Positions 62,187 to 64,000 of a stretch of DNA of 64,000 nt are shown here, piece by piece. This DNA comes from Scyliorhinus canicula (taxonomy: Eukaryota): the NCBI RefSeq assembly GCF_902713615.1, contig NC_052154.1:6449784-6513783 (forward strand), written 5' to 3'. The translations under genes and the position numbers were made by a program. The notes beneath the pieces are model-generated. The model saw only the letters and a program-made list of their open reading frames with translations. It was not told the origin of the DNA and did not search any database. Each line of letters starts with the position of its first letter. Within the stretch, counting starts at the first letter, position 1.

Positions 62187-64000
62187 TGATGCACTGTCAA
62201 TTACGAGAAGACGAGAGTAGAATGTAATCGAGGCTTTATTACACTGAGATGTGTGGCCTCCTCCAGCAGCTGACAAAATGTCTGCTGTACGGGGAGCACA
62301 CATATTTATACTCCGACCCATGGGCGGAGCCAACAGGCAGGGATCTACCCCCGTACCTGTAGTACAGGGGCCTTACCGTAAAGCACTGAAAACAACATCC
62401 TCTATATACAATATATACATCAGTGGTGACTGCCACTTTCACCCCCTGTTAAAAATGAGTCCGGCGGGGGTGGTGGAGAACTATATACAGGAAATTGTGT
62501 TTTAAAAGTTCAGATAAAATTATACGTTCCGTGGGTCCGGTGCCTTTATCTGTCGTAGAGAGCGCCATAGTGCTGGTGGCGACTCCGGTGGCGGCTTGGT
62601 CTTCGGAGACACCGGGAGCGTGTCAAAATCCTCTTCATCCCTGGGTGTGAGCAATGAGAGGGCGGAGTGTCCCGGAGCGGGGGCTGCGGTGGGGTGGGCC
62701 GGGGGAAGGGAGGGTGGCGCTGGGTCGGTGTGGGGGTGTGTGGGGAACCAGCTGGTGCCAGGTCCCTGAGGGAGACTGTGTCTTGGCGGCCGTCAGGGTA
62801 CATACTGCGGGTTGGCGTGGAGTAGCTGTACCCTCTCAACCAACGTGTCCGCCTTGTGGAGTCGAATGTGTCATCGGAGGAGATCGGGTCCAGGAGCTGC
62901 CAGCCACGTTGGGAGCGATACCCTAGAGGTGGACTTCCTGGGGAAGGCAAAGAGGCGTTCATGGGGGGTTTCATTAGTCGCGGTGCACAGGAGCGACCAA
63001 ATGGAGTGAAGGGCGTCGGGGAGGACCTCCTGCCAGGAGATTTCTGGACCGTAGGGCCAGCTGGACGGCCCTCTAGACCGTCCCATTCTCTCTCTCCACC
63101 TGCCCGTTTCCCCGGGGGTTGTAGCTGGTCGTCCTGCTCGAGGCAGTGCCCCTGTTGAGCAAGTACTGGCGCAGTTCATTGCTCATGAATGAGGATCTCC
63201 GGTTGCTGTGGACGTAGGTGGGGAAACCGAACAGAGCAAAGATGGTGGTGAGGGCTTTGATGACAGTGGCAGACGTCATGTCGGGGCATGGGACGGCATG
63301 GGTCGGGAATATTCATCGACCACACTGAGAAAGTACGTGTTGCGGTCGGTGGAGGGGAGGGGCCCTTTGAAGTCCACGCTGAGGCGTTCAAAGGGGCGGG
63401 AGGCCTTCACAAGGCGCACACGGTCTGGCCAGCAGAAGTGCGGTTTACACTCTGCACAGACCTGGCAGTCTCTGGTGATAGCCCTGACTTCCTCGATGGA
63501 GTAGGGCAGATTGCGGGCCTTGATGAAATGGTAAAAACGGCTGACTCCTGGGTGACAGAGGTTGTCATGCAGGGTCTGGAGTCGGTCCACGTGTGCGCTG
63601 GCACATGTACCTCGGGACAGGGCATCGGGGGACTCGTTGAGCTGACCGGGGCGATACAAAATCTCGCAGTTGTAGGTGGAGAGCTCGATCCTCCAGCTCA
63701 AGATTTTATCATTTTTGATCTTGCCCCGCTGCGTGTTGTTAAACATGAAGGCAACCGACCGTTTGTCAGTGAGGAGAGTGAATCTCCTGCCGGCCAGTTA
63801 ATGCCTCCAATGCCGCACAGTTTCTACGATGGCTTGGGCCTCCTTTTCGACGGAGCAGTGCCGAATTTCGGGAGCATGGAGGGTGCGGGAAAAGAATGCC
63901 ACGGGCCTGCCTGCCTGGTTGAGGGTGGAGGCCAGAGCGACGTCCAATGCATCGCTCTCCACTTGGAATGGTAACGTCTCGTCGACCGTGTGCATCGCGG
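62187..64000 (-). mobile_element. Defective Ty3/Gypsy LTR retrotransposon, 3' part (RNase H, integrase, PPT, 3' LTR 62187-62437)
   Basis: RNase H FQVESDA...RPVAFFSRTL...SVEKEAQAIV; integrase H-x4-H...C-x2-C (HDNLCHPG, CQVC), LSVDFKGP, YNPRGNGQVER; PPT AACAGGGGGTGAA next to the LTR; RH-then-IN order; stops at 63798 and 63073; frameshift near 63290. Confidence 0.95.

Noticed and set aside
63288-63974. 228-aa plus-strand ORF, the longest in the track
   Set aside because: Antisense shadow of the Gypsy pol.

Overview
Eukaryotic, repeat-dense, apparently intronic or intergenic DNA. The repeat families (HE1/V-SINE-like tRNA SINEs, HER1/CR1 LINEs, DeuSINE-like relics) point to a shark genome, plausibly a catshark (inference). 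I found no intact host protein-coding gene, RNA gene or CRISPR array; the supplied ORFs I could place are TE-derived, antisense to TE ORFs or low-complexity. Contents: about 28 tRNA-SINE copies in four head/tail combinations, many CR1 fragments, RTE and RTE-X-like LINE relics, about ten solo or partial LTRs (seven with 5-bp TSDs), a defective Ty3/Gypsy element running off the right edge, Penelope-like elements with minimal hammerhead-ribozyme motifs, PIF/Harbinger relics (Myb/SANT and transposase fragments plus many MITEs), a 9-bp-TSD Mutator/Foldback-like element, a 69-bp minisatellite, and TE-poor islands that may be enhancers. The best leads are the intact hammerhead core (23577-23617), the fold-back Penelope micro-insertions, the MULE-like element, modular SINE head/tail swapping and the possibly LF-SINE-derived minisatellite. 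Family names come from recalled motifs, not database searches. I cannot claim a new biological system from sequence alone.
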